From Obrimoposthia wandeli (taxonomy: Eukaryota): a DNA stretch of 64,000 bases. The notes under the pieces are model-generated. The model was not told the origin of the DNA. It worked only from the letters and a program-made list of their open reading frames with translations, and searched no databases. The stretch spans positions 124,001 to 188,000 of the forward strand of contig CDROCS010006901.1 in NCBI GenBank assembly GCA_977020255.1. Reading direction: 5' to 3'. Shown in pieces: positions 1 through 10,100 of the stretch; positions within the stretch are counted from its first letter, which is position 1; each line of letters opens with the position of its first letter. The position numbers were made by a program, and so were the translations under genes.

Positions 1-403
1 TGTGACTTATATAGTCAACTATGTGCTGTCAATCAGCACTCTCGAAATCAAATCGTGAGTCCGGCTTGGCGGCAGCTGCTACAACGGATCGATTTAAATT
101 AATTGCACGTAAATGTGCTTACCTTTTTCTGCTGACGTTTTTCTTTCTGCTGACGTTAGCAGATTTCTAAATTATTCCCGTTTTTTGCTTTTTGCACTTT
201 TGGGTTAATTAACTTAACTTTTATACATTTCACACCATACACGACCTTCGTGGTCCTCCTAATTTTTACCCTAAATTCCACTAATTTTGATTCTAAAACT
301 AAATTTAATATTTTAATTTAATTTTCAACCTTGCTTTCAAGGATTTTTATTTTAGTATTTAATCGACTAAAATATTTAAATTTCTTAATTCTCAAACCTA
401 ACA
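1..403 (-). repeat. 3' LTR (U3-proximal 403 bp visible)
   Basis: No mismatch seen by eye against 17365-17767; ends CCTAACA (TGTTAGG on the element strand) directly beside the PPT. Confidence 0.95.
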
Positions 404-1435
404 TACCTCTATCTTTGTACAACAAAACAAGATGAGTAGTATTAATATTATAAATCCAATGATCAGTGCCAGTATTGGATTAACCAATTCTAGAATACCA
501 TAACGTACTGCTGGTATTCCTTTACTCTTGATGGTTAATATTTTAAATTTGTGTGCACTTTGGTTGGACATGTCACTGAGAAGCACTATTTTAGTTTGTC
601 CAAATATGTAGTCTTCACATGTGACAACACTAACTCCATAATGTCCATTAAGTGTTATCATTTCGGTCGCTGGGACTATACACATTCGTCCTGGACATCC
701 TTTTACACACATGATCATCACGGCTCTACTGTGGGATGTCTTGATTATTTCTAGGGTGTTGTCTAGATTTCTCAAATGTAAATTATATTCGGATAGTGTC
801 ATCAATTCGGCTTTACTGGTTGGCATGGCTTGCAGTACCAATCCAATTACTACTCCATAAATCAATCCTTGTGCAACGGTGCACAGGGCCTTGACTGACC
901 TTTTGCAAAGGGTTTTAATTATCAATCGTTTGAGAGATATCTGTTTCTGATTGGTTCGTTTTGTTGTCTGTCGTTGTTTTGACATCTCCTCGATTCCATC
1001 TCGTCCGATAATCAACTGTACTGGTTTACCTTGTATCGTCAACTTTCCGAATCCATTTTTGGCGGACAAGCATGTTTTATGTCCTTCCATTGTTTCAATT
1101 ATCACTCTCTTACTTCCATACTCACGTGTTTTGATGACATCGCCGTTGAATATATACGTTGGTCCTTTTGTATCAGCATCTTTTTGTATTTCCTTTACAA
1201 CTCGTTTTCTCCGCTTGCATCCGGCGAATGTTGTTGATATTCGGTCAAGTGTGTGCTGTCGGTCAGCTTCATAATCTATTCGAAATTGATTCAGTATTCT
1301 GTTTTGTGGGTAAAATATCGCTTCATTTACTATGTTGTCTTCGATCCTTTCGTCTAGATATACAAGCACTTTGTTCGTTGGTCCATTTGGTCTTTTCATC
1401 TTTACAAACTGAAATCTTTTACTGTCGGTTCTCAT
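398..1435 (-). CDS. 3' accessory ORF, membrane protein of unknown function (internal signal-like segment, Cys-containing ectodomain, C-terminal TM); stop codon lies inside the LTR
   Basis: 345-aa ORF; hydrophobic ALCTVAQGLIYGVVIGLVLQAM and PILALIIGFIILILLILFCC; in frame with 1460-1774 across one TAG. Confidence 0.65.
   Translation of the reverse strand: MRTDSKRFQFVKMKRPNGPTNKVLVYLDERIEDNIVNEAIFYPQNRILNQFRIDYEADRQHTLDRISTTFAGCKRRKRVVKEIQKDADTKGPTYIFNGDVIKTREYGSKRVIIETMEGHKTCLSAKNGFGKLTIQGKPVQLIIGRDGIEEMSKQRQTTKRTNQKQISLKRLIIKTLCKRSVKALCTVAQGLIYGVVIGLVLQAMPTSKAELMTLSEYNLHLRNLDNTLEIIKTSHSRAVMIMCVKGCPGRMCIVPATEMITLNGHYGVSVVTCEDYIFGQTKIVLLSDMSNQSAHKFKILTIKSKGIPAVRYGILELVNPILALIIGFIILILLILFCCTKIEVC
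404..416 (-). promoter_or_regulatory. Polypurine tract (PPT)
   Basis: Element strand reads AAAGATAGAGGTA immediately before the LTR start TGTTAGG. Confidence 0.8.
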
Positions 1436-1459
1436 GGATTGAAGACATTTTCGGATGAT

Positions 1460-1774
1460 CTACACATCAATTAGTCCTAACAATACTAATAGCATCATCA
1501 GTGCCGGTGTATGGTACTGTATGGTGTAATTGTGGATTTCGTTAAACCAGGAACTATTTCCGTGGTTGGAGCCTATTTCCTGTGCTCCCGTTATCGGCAT
1601 TAAACAACTTAACAAGCCTATCGCTAGCAATCTTTGGTATTGAAAGCTGGGCACTGTTGTTGTAGCTTCATTTCTTTCTCGTTGTTGCTTCCTCTTTTCG
1701 GTGTATTTCTCTATTTCTCGAACGAGTAACGGTTTGAAATCCGTATTTGGTCTATTCTGTTTGATGTAGACCAT
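1460..1774 (-). CDS. N-terminal part of the 3' accessory membrane ORF (signal-like segment, N-glycosylation sequons, TM)
   Basis: LLAIGLLSCLMPITGA|QE, sequons NSS and NYT, ALMMLLVLLGLIDV; after TAG 1460-1462 eight sense codons lead in frame to ATG 1435. Confidence 0.55.
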   Translation of the reverse strand: MVYIKQNRPNTDFKPLLVREIEKYTEKRKQQRERNEATTTVPSFQYQRLLAIGLLSCLMPITGAQEIGSNHGNSSWFNEIHNYTIQYHTPALMMLLVLLGLIDV

Positions 1775-4442
1775 CGCTTCTTCTGGCGAGAATAATTGGA
1801 TTGATTTCCCCTTCGTATTTGTGAATCGGATACGGTATTACACTATCTTTAAGTATCTCAACTTGGAACTGTGCTCCATAGCACATGACAATTGTTTCCA
1901 ATTTACCCATGATGGACAATCCATCGAAATAGGTAACATTCAGCTTAGATATCGGTGTCTTCGCATAATTAATTAAGTTTACTCGTATCTCAGTTGATGA
2001 CGGCCATCGATTTTTTAGTAAAATTATAATTTCGTCGTTTATCGATGTGATCACACTTGGCGCGGATGATACTATTTCAGCATGATATTTTGGCTGGATT
2101 GAGTTGGTCACTTGTTCTCGGATCATATTGATTCTTTGTGGTTTTTTATTTTTAGCTTCCCACTTCCGGTATCCGCTGTCAATGCGTAACTCTGCCGTTG
2201 CTTTGATGATTTTATTGTTAGTCACTTCCGGATGGGTTGGCGAATGGAATCCTTCTATTACGCTCAACCTTACAGATACTTCCGTTTGATCTGTGTCTAA
2301 CCGGTGAGATTCTGGTATACAACATACAATTGTCTTTCCATCAAAGTATTTGGTGTCCATCTGACAAATTATCTTTTCAGTGTCAGCGTCGATTAAATGG
2401 ACTCTCATGATATCTCTTTTCCCATGTGAATTACGTAATACCATTATTACATCGTGGTATTCTTGTTTGAGTCTTTTGGTGTACCATGCAGTATGTGACC
2501 ACCGGCCGGTTCTTTTTTCTTCCTGACTGGCTAGTCCTGCTTCAGTACTGTCATAGTTCTGCCATGCAACTATGTTTGGTGTCAATGTGATTTCGATTAT
2601 CACTTTCTCAGTCGTAAACACATTGGAATTTTGATAAAGTGCTGCGACTAGTGTATTTCCGTCGTAGTATGACACTCTAAGTTCGCACAGAAATTCGTTT
2701 GTCAGTGCATCTTTCACAATGACTTCTTTAGCCACATCTGTGGGTTGTGTTTTTTCGAAAACAACTATTATCTCTTCGTCTTCTTCTAATATCTCTTGTG
2801 GTGCGACGTGTCGGATTACTTCCTTTTCCTCTTGGTACTTCATTCTGAGCATACCAATTCTCGCTGGTTTTTTCTCGCTACCACTCGTCATCATGTTTAT
2901 ATAGTTCCGATCACTTACCATTCGTGTAAGTTTAATGGTATTGGTATTCGATTTCGATTTCTGTGATCTTAACTCATATCGTGACGCATTATCTTTATTT
3001 AGTACTAATTTGCATCGATTTGCATGTACAATCATCGGTTCCTTGTTCCGATTCTCTTCGTTGATTACTTTCAAATTTGTTGAGGTTGTCTGGATCACCT
3101 TGTATGGTCCTTTGTATGGTCTATGAAGTTTAAACGATAGACCTGGTTCGATGACTGGATAAAATATCATCACTTGATCTCCGACTCTAAATTCATGCGG
3201 TTTTGCTTTTTTGTCGTATTGTTCCTTGTAACCTTCTTGATTGAATTTCAACTTCAATCCGGCTTTGGTCCAAGCATCTTGTAACCTTTCCTTCATGACG
3301 ACAATGTATTGTTCAGTTTCTAGGTACTGAGATGTTGGCTCGGTCCACTCCAGATCCATCGGCATATTGTTCTGTCTGAGATACATCAGATAGAATGGTG
3401 TGTGACCCGTCGCCTCTCGAACTGAATTCCTGTAAGCATATAAACATGAAGGTAAATATTTATCCCAATCCTCTTGCTTGTCGGAGCAATAGGATTGTAC
3501 CATCATACATAAAGTTTTATTAAACCTTTCTACCAGACCATCTGTCTGTGGGTGATATGGTGAAGTTTGTAACTTCATGATTCCGAATATCTTCGATACT
3601 GCTTTGATTACTTCTCCAGTGAAGTTCTTACCTTGATCCGTTAACAACTTTCTAGGCACTCCGTATCGAAATATTATCTCTTCTACTAAGATTTGTGCTA
3701 TTGTTTCAGCCTTCTGGTTCTGTATGGGATATGCTTCTACCCATCTCGTCATGTAATCCGTAAATACTATGACATACTTGTTTCCTTTACTTGATTCTCT
3801 CAATGGTCCCAATATATCCATCGCTGTGAATTCCATTGGTGCCAAGGGAACTGGCATTGGTTTCAGTGGAACTTTAGTACGAGTTCCGGTGTCTTTTCTG
3901 GTTAAACATACTTTACATTGTTTACACCATTGTTTTATGTCGTCTTCCATACCATCCCAATGGTACTTCTCTTTGATTCTGGCTATTGTCTTTCGCCCTG
4001 ACAGATGTCCTCCTAGTGTTCCGTCGTGATACTGGATCATCACTGCTGTTTTCAATGACTTCGGAATTACTACTACTATCTTTCCGACATTATTGACAAT
4101 ATACAAGATGCCTTCTTTTATCGAGTATTTTTTCGTCATTTCATCGTTTAGATCTCCTTTCACCAACAATTCTTTAGTTAGACTCAGTTCTTCATCTTCT
4201 TTCTGTTCTTTGATGATCTCTTTGTCTATTTTACCCGTCTTTAGCAAAATCGTCAGTAGATTTGCTTCTCCTTTTTGGTCATTGGTTTCATCTTGTTTTT
4301 CCTCTGGAATTATGTTTCCTTTTTCATCTACATTTGTCAATCTCGACAAACAATCTGCGTTGCCGTTCGACTTTCCGGTTCTATAACGGATTTCTAGATC
4401 GAATTCGGCCAATTTTAGAAACCATCTGTTTAATCTACTCAT
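1752..4442 (-). CDS. pol part 3: RNase H end, integrase (HHCC, DDE, GPY/F) and a ~380-aa C-terminal extension with three repeats
   Basis: H..GGH...CKQC; AMDILGPL, TDQGKNF, QTDGLVERFNKTL; PYKGPYKV; three YxDG-containing repeats. Confidence 0.95.
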   Translation of the reverse strand: MSRLNRWFLKLAEFDLEIRYRTGKSNGNADCLSRLTNVDEKGNIIPEEKQDETNDQKGEANLLTILLKTGKIDKEIIKEQKEDEELSLTKELLVKGDLNDEMTKKYSIKEGILYIVNNVGKIVVVIPKSLKTAVMIQYHDGTLGGHLSGRKTIARIKEKYHWDGMEDDIKQWCKQCKVCLTRKDTGTRTKVPLKPMPVPLAPMEFTAMDILGPLRESSKGNKYVIVFTDYMTRWVEAYPIQNQKAETIAQILVEEIIFRYGVPRKLLTDQGKNFTGEVIKAVSKIFGIMKLQTSPYHPQTDGLVERFNKTLCMMVQSYCSDKQEDWDKYLPSCLYAYRNSVREATGHTPFYLMYLRQNNMPMDLEWTEPTSQYLETEQYIVVMKERLQDAWTKAGLKLKFNQEGYKEQYDKKAKPHEFRVGDQVMIFYPVIEPGLSFKLHRPYKGPYKVIQTTSTNLKVINEENRNKEPMIVHANRCKLVLNKDNASRYELRSQKSKSNTNTIKLTRMVSDRNYINMMTSGSEKKPARIGMLRMKYQEEKEVIRHVAPQEILEEDEEIIVVFEKTQPTDVAKEVIVKDALTNEFLCELRVSYYDGNTLVAALYQNSNVFTTEKVIIEITLTPNIVAWQNYDSTEAGLASQEEKRTGRWSHTAWYTKRLKQEYHDVIMVLRNSHGKRDIMRVHLIDADTEKIICQMDTKYFDGKTIVCCIPESHRLDTDQTEVSVRLSVIEGFHSPTHPEVTNNKIIKATAELRIDSGYRKWEAKNKKPQRINMIREQVTNSIQPKYHAEIVSSAPSVITSINDEIIILLKNRWPSSTEIRVNLINYAKTPISKLNVTYFDGLSIMGKLETIVMCYGAQFQVEILKDSVIPYPIHKYEGEINPIILARRSDGLHQTE

Positions 4443-5215
4443 CTCATCTCTATGTTTATATAAGAACTGTAGTGGTTTGTGATCTGTATACAGGAATACT
4501 TTTGTCCTAGCAAATAGTGTCTATATTGTCTACATGAATACACTATGGCTAGACATTCCTTTTCGATAACAGAGTATCCTCTTTCGGCTCTGTTTAATCC
4601 TCTACTCGCATACGCGATGACGTGTTCTCTTCCTTCGTCATCCTCTTGTCCCAATACTGCTCCTACAGCATAGTTACTTGCATCTGTCATGAGTATGAAT
4701 TGTCGGTTTATATCTGGAAACGCTAATATTGGTGCTTTTATCAGTCTTTCTTTTAAATGCTCGAACGCTTGTTGGGCTTCTTCTCCCCATATGAACTTCT
4801 CATCTTTTCTCGTCAACTTTCTCAGTGGTGTTGGTATATCTGAAAAATGTTCAACAAATCGTCTATAATAATTCGCAAGACCTAAAAAACTCTGTATCTC
4901 TTTAACAGTCTTTGGCGCTAAATGCGCTTTTACTTTCTCGATCTTTGCTGGATCAGGTCGAATGCCTTCTTTCGATACTATATGTCCTAAAAATGTTACT
5001 CGCTCTTTGGCCCATTCGCATTTTGTAGGTTTAACTTTTAATTTAGCGTTTTCCAGTCTTTTAAATACAACTTCAAGATTTTTTAAATGTTCTTCGAACG
5101 TTTTCGAAAATATTATTATGTCATCAATATAAACCATCGTGTTTGCACACGATGCGAGTACAAAATTCATACAACGCTGAAATGTTGCTGGAGCTCCTGT
5201 CAGTCCGAATGGCAT
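4439..5215 (-). CDS. pol part 2: reverse transcriptase C-terminal half and RNase H (frameshifted at both ends)
   Basis: MPFGLTGAPATFQR, YIDD, FLGHIV, TDASNYAVGAVL, YSVIEKECLAIV. Confidence 0.95.
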   Translation of the reverse strand: MPFGLTGAPATFQRCMNFVLASCANTMVYIDDIIIFSKTFEEHLKNLEVVFKRLENAKLKVKPTKCEWAKERVTFLGHIVSKEGIRPDPAKIEKVKAHLAPKTVKEIQSFLGLANYYRRFVEHFSDIPTPLRKLTRKDEKFIWGEEAQQAFEHLKERLIKAPILAFPDINRQFILMTDASNYAVGAVLGQEDDEGREHVIAYASRGLNRAERGYSVIEKECLAIVYSCRQYRHYLLGQKYSCIQITNHYSSYINIEMR

Positions 5216-7125
5216 CTTTTCGCATTCGTATAATCCATCTCCGCAGTTTTGTGTTTATCCTCTTCCTCTATCTCGATTTGCCAGTATCCACTCTGCAAAT
5301 CCAATGTCGTAAAATAATCTGAATTACCCAATTTATCGAGCATCTCTTCGATTCTAGGTAATGGATACACATCTTTTCTTGTGATCTTGTTCAGTTCTCT
5401 GAAATCTATACAGAATCTAATTTTCACATCCTTCTTTTTTACCAACACCACAGGTGCTGAGAATGGCGAAAAACTCGGTCTAATTACTCCTGTTTTAGAC
5501 ATATCTTCAATCTGACTTTTTACTTCATCTTGTAATTGTAATGGTACTCGGTATGGTCTTCTTCTGACTACTTTGTCTTCTGTCAGTGGTATTGTATGTT
5601 TTATGACAGGTGTTTCTCCTATGTCATATGGATTTTTTGCAATTACTTTTGGAAATTTATGTATTAGATCAAGTAATTGTTTCTTTTCTCTAGTTGTCAG
5701 TCTTTCTGATTGGATTACTATTTCTTCGTAATCATTCGTATCTTTATCGAGTTTCATAGCACACACGGTGGGATTCTCCATCTGTGCTATCTTTCCCAAC
5801 CTCATTCCTCTGTATAATAGGATGTCATTGTTGGTTGTATTCATCAGTCTAACTGGTATTTTGTGGTTTTCGATCAGGCATACTGTACTCACAACTGGTA
5901 ATTCGTATTTCTCTATGAAATCTCGTGATGGTTCGAACACAACTGGTCCTTTATCTTCTGATAATGTGTGACCTTGAATGAGAAATTGTGATCTTTTACC
6001 GATTTTTATAGGATTCTCTATAATTACATCAATTTGGTTTATTTGTCTGTTTGATGTGCTATCCTTCAATCTTGGATCTTGTAAATCAATACTTATCCCT
6101 TTAAGTTGTGATAGTACATCCATTCCTAAAATTGTAGGTTCAGGACATTCTTTCATGATTCTAACTGGTATAGTGATCGTATTACGTCCAATTATAAATG
6201 TACATGGTAATATTCCCGTCACTTTTACAGGGTCTCCATTGACCGATACCAAGAATTCATCTGGTTCTGCCATTGTTCGTTTCTGTTCCTCTGTCAAACA
6301 GTCTTCACTTACTATCGAAGCTACAGCACCTGTATCAATTAAGGCTTTTACTCTTAAATTATTTACTCTAATGATAGCTGCTGGTCGCTGTGCTCCATTT
6401 ATGTTTCCCATATGGTATATTGTATTTATCGAATTATTACACTCTGTCAGTCCACTTCCTGTGTTTGGATAGTGGAATCTAATGTTTCTCACTTGTCGAT
6501 CTATTATTCTTCGACAAATCGGACATGATACCATTTCATTCGCACATCTCCGACATGTTCTTACATGTCCGCATGGTAGAAAGGCAACTTCTATTTTGTT
6601 GATCATGCAAACTGCGCATTCCGGATCTTCTAGTACGTATTCCAGTTCATTTATGTACTCTTTCTCTTTTGTTTCAATTGTACTGTCATCTTTATCTCGC
6701 AGTAATTCAAAAATCGATCCGTATCCGTTTCGCGTAGTTTTTATTTTTAATTCTACCAATTCTCTGATTCTTTCTGCTTCTTTTGGATATAATCTTCTCA
6801 CGAATGACACTACCGGTGTGTCTTGTTGAGCCAAAATCTCTTTCCGTGTGATTTGGTATTCGATTATACATTCGGTTTTCTGTTCTTTTTGCTTTATTTT
6901 GTTTTTAAAAGTACAAAATTCGCAAAATTCATGATGTAAAATTTTCTTAGGTAGCTCAAGAGTGTATCTGTCGATAATTCGTTCTTTTTTACACTTGTGG
7001 CATTTAATTACGTCTTTACCATCCTTTTTTATAGCAAAAAGTCCCTTTTTTGCCAATTTTTTAAGTCTTGGATCTTCGAAGGTTACTTCTCGATATTGTT
7101 CGTCACATTCGTTCACTTCTCGCAT
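5200..7125 (-). CDS. pol part 1: degenerate BIR, IAP-type C3HC4 RING, retropepsin 2, RT N-terminal half
   Basis: LAKKGLF..DVIKCHKC..HHEFCEFC; CAVCMINKIEVAFLPCGHVRTCRRCANEMVSCPICR; ALIDTGA...ILGMDVL; RFCIDFRELN, YPLPRIEEML, LDLQSGYWQI. Confidence 0.93.
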   Translation of the reverse strand: MREVNECDEQYREVTFEDPRLKKLAKKGLFAIKKDGKDVIKCHKCKKERIIDRYTLELPKKILHHEFCEFCTFKNKIKQKEQKTECIIEYQITRKEILAQQDTPVVSFVRRLYPKEAERIRELVELKIKTTRNGYGSIFELLRDKDDSTIETKEKEYINELEYVLEDPECAVCMINKIEVAFLPCGHVRTCRRCANEMVSCPICRRIIDRQVRNIRFHYPNTGSGLTECNNSINTIYHMGNINGAQRPAAIIRVNNLRVKALIDTGAVASIVSEDCLTEEQKRTMAEPDEFLVSVNGDPVKVTGILPCTFIIGRNTITIPVRIMKECPEPTILGMDVLSQLKGISIDLQDPRLKDSTSNRQINQIDVIIENPIKIGKRSQFLIQGHTLSEDKGPVVFEPSRDFIEKYELPVVSTVCLIENHKIPVRLMNTTNNDILLYRGMRLGKIAQMENPTVCAMKLDKDTNDYEEIVIQSERLTTREKKQLLDLIHKFPKVIAKNPYDIGETPVIKHTIPLTEDKVVRRRPYRVPLQLQDEVKSQIEDMSKTGVIRPSFSPFSAPVVLVKKKDVKIRFCIDFRELNKITRKDVYPLPRIEEMLDKLGNSDYFTTLDLQSGYWQIEIEEEDKHKTAEMDYTNAKRCHSD

Positions 7126-10100
7126 AACTTCGATATATCTTCAATTCGACTATTCGTTATTACTCTACCTGTTATTAGGGCTGATTCTCCTTTTGGAATC
7201 CCGTCACTGTAATCGAAATCGGGTGCTTTTCCCGTTTGGATTTCTGGTACGTTTGAAGTTTTTAGTTTTAAAAGAAATGGACAATTTGGTGCATCTCTTT
7301 TATGACGTCTCATTGGGTTTTCATTCTGTTCCCATTCTCTAAACTTTACTCTACACCATACGCATCGTACTACTATCTCCTGACCATAACTGCTTGTCGC
7401 GTTTAACATTTCTAAACCTGATCTTGCCATTTTACGTGCCATTCCTTTTGAATAGTACTGTTCTAATATATTTCGTCTCTTTCTCTCGAATCTCATGGGA
7501 TCCCTTTCTGACAGATTTACATATGTTATTTTTCTCCTCGTCGTATCTTGTGGTCCGAAATTTACATTTTTGTAGTGAAGTATCGACTTTGCTAGCGCTT
7601 CCTGTTTTCTGTCTGGGTACGAACCTCCCATACGGAACGTAGTGCATTTTTCCTTTTCGACTATGGGTCCTCTCAACATTTTTATCTCTCTCACTGAACT
7701 GTCATTCTTACAACTCTTGTTGTTTGGTAGTATAATTATTCCTTCAAACATTCGTATTACGTCCATCCCAATCATGACTGGACTTCCGCAATCTGTGAAT
7801 ATTCTAGCATTTAACTGCAATGCTCTTCCATCGATATTCAACGAACATTTCAGTGTTCCTTCCGACACTACATCTGTACCATTCACGTTAACAAATGTCT
7901 GTTTTCTAGGACATACTTCTCTTAATTCTTTTGATGACAAGATTTCTTTACTTAGCACTGATACTGCTGATCCGGTATCAACTTCGGCAAGATATTCTCT
8001 TCCGTTCAATGTTACTGCTACTTGTGGTGGAGCATTTGGATTCTCATTTGATATTCTAGATTTCAGAATTCTTCTGGAATTATCTTTTTTGTCTTTTTCC
8101 TCTGCTTGTGGAATTTCACTGTAGCTCACTTTAGGCCATCTTATCATTAAGATGCCTCTCTTGAACTTTTCCTTCTCTTCCTTCAATTCCTTCATTGGAT
8201 ATAGGTTTAACGCCACTTCTTCCTTGTCTGGTAACGGAATCTTTGATTTTCCTGGTATCTTTGCATATACTTCTGGACTATCATTATCGTCGTCGTTGTC
8301 GTCTCGATAGTTTCTTGGTTCTCGCATCATGGTTCTCGTTTGGTGTTGTTCCTTCTTGAGGGCTCGCAACTCGTTCTCGTGATGATGGTGCATTAGATAT
8401 TTTGCTAAAAATGGAAAACATCCAATTATAAGTTGCCAGGTGATTCCGGTTATCCTGTATAAACTATACGTAGACAACACCTGGGCTATAATTACCTGCA
8501 CAAATTTAATTATAACATAAATACCTATGATACCCGAAAATAGTTGTCCTAAAACAAGGAATTTTCCCCACATCTTTCTAAGTGTCTGATGTGCTGCTTC
8601 CTTGAAATGACTTGGCGATAATAACATATCGAAATTCGCATATCTCGCTCCTGGCGGTAATGCTCGATGTACCATCTCCGTAAGTACTCTGGCTCTTCTT
8701 ACTGGAAACATTATTTCGTTCCACGCCGCTTTTAAATCTTTTTCATTGTACAATCCTGCGTTCTCCATATTTTCCACCGCTTGGAATTTCATTTTACCTT
8801 TAAGGTTCGTCATTCTTATCATCGCTGGGGTTGTCGTTGGCTTTCGATCAGGTAACGTTATCCATAGATTATTCGTCATCTGATATTCAGGTGCCATTAT
8901 ATTAGAGCAGCTGATTTCTTTAGTTGTAGTGTCTTTTGGAAGTAACATTCTCGTGATTGGTTCAACAAAAAGATCTTTTAAATTATACGTTACTGCCAAT
9001 TCGCTCGTACATCGATCTGTTTTTCTCAACTGTACCTCTACTTTATTACACTTGTAAGTATACAATACTTCTCCCATGGTTTTAGCAAATACTCCTTCAT
9101 CCAAGGGTAATAATGGTGCTACCATGTCTGGATTCGTAATAGCTAATGCTAACTTTGTTCTTACGATCTCTTTGTTTAACTGGCAATCTCTTTCGATCAT
9201 CATCCGATATAACTGTTCCATTTGCATCAATCCTTTATGATAATAGAAATCAATTTTATTATTAAAATACGTGTGTAGCTGCATATCTTTAGGTTTTAGC
9301 TTGGTTTCTGCCAATGCTATTGCTTCTTTAGACAAAACTATTCCTGGATAGTTTGTAGTACTAACAGTCATTCCGCATCGCGCTTTGTTTCTCTTTTTAA
9401 TAAATATCAATCCTTCTTCTATTGATGTTGCCATTAACAGTGTAGGTGTCTTTGTCATTGGAATTGGTCTTGTTTCATTTAGCAATCCTTTTCCAACTTT
9501 ATTATACAGGAATCCTTCTCCATCTTTATTATACAGGAATCCTTTTATTTTATTAAAACTAATCTCTTTCAAAAATACTAAAGAGCATTGCTTCGGATTT
9601 ATGTTATACACAATTGTGGATTCACCTGTAAAACAAGATGTATCTGTCATTTTACATTCTGGATACTTCATCATTAGTTGTGTCTTTTTATCAAAATTGG
9701 CGGTCCATGTTTTTAATTCAATTTTGTAAGTTACGTCCATTACTAACTCAGATACTTTGGTTCCACGCACGTTTTTTGTTTCTCCGTCACAAGATCCATC
9801 GGCCCATCGTTGTCCGACTCTCGTGACTGTTTCGTATCGTCTCACTCCAATTTTTACTTCAGGTTTGTAATTCTTGTCTACCTCTATTGTTCCCGTTCGA
9901 AATGCGTCTTCGCAATCTCTCGGCAAAACCTTATGTGCCTTGTACGGTGTGGTAGGTGTGATTTCTGACATAAAACTTCTATGACCACAATAGAATTCGT
10001 GATAACTTGAATGGATTGAACATTCTTTCACTTCTACTTGTGCTTTATCAACATCCTGATACACAAAGTAGTTTTCAACACCTTGAACTTCTAGTTTTGA

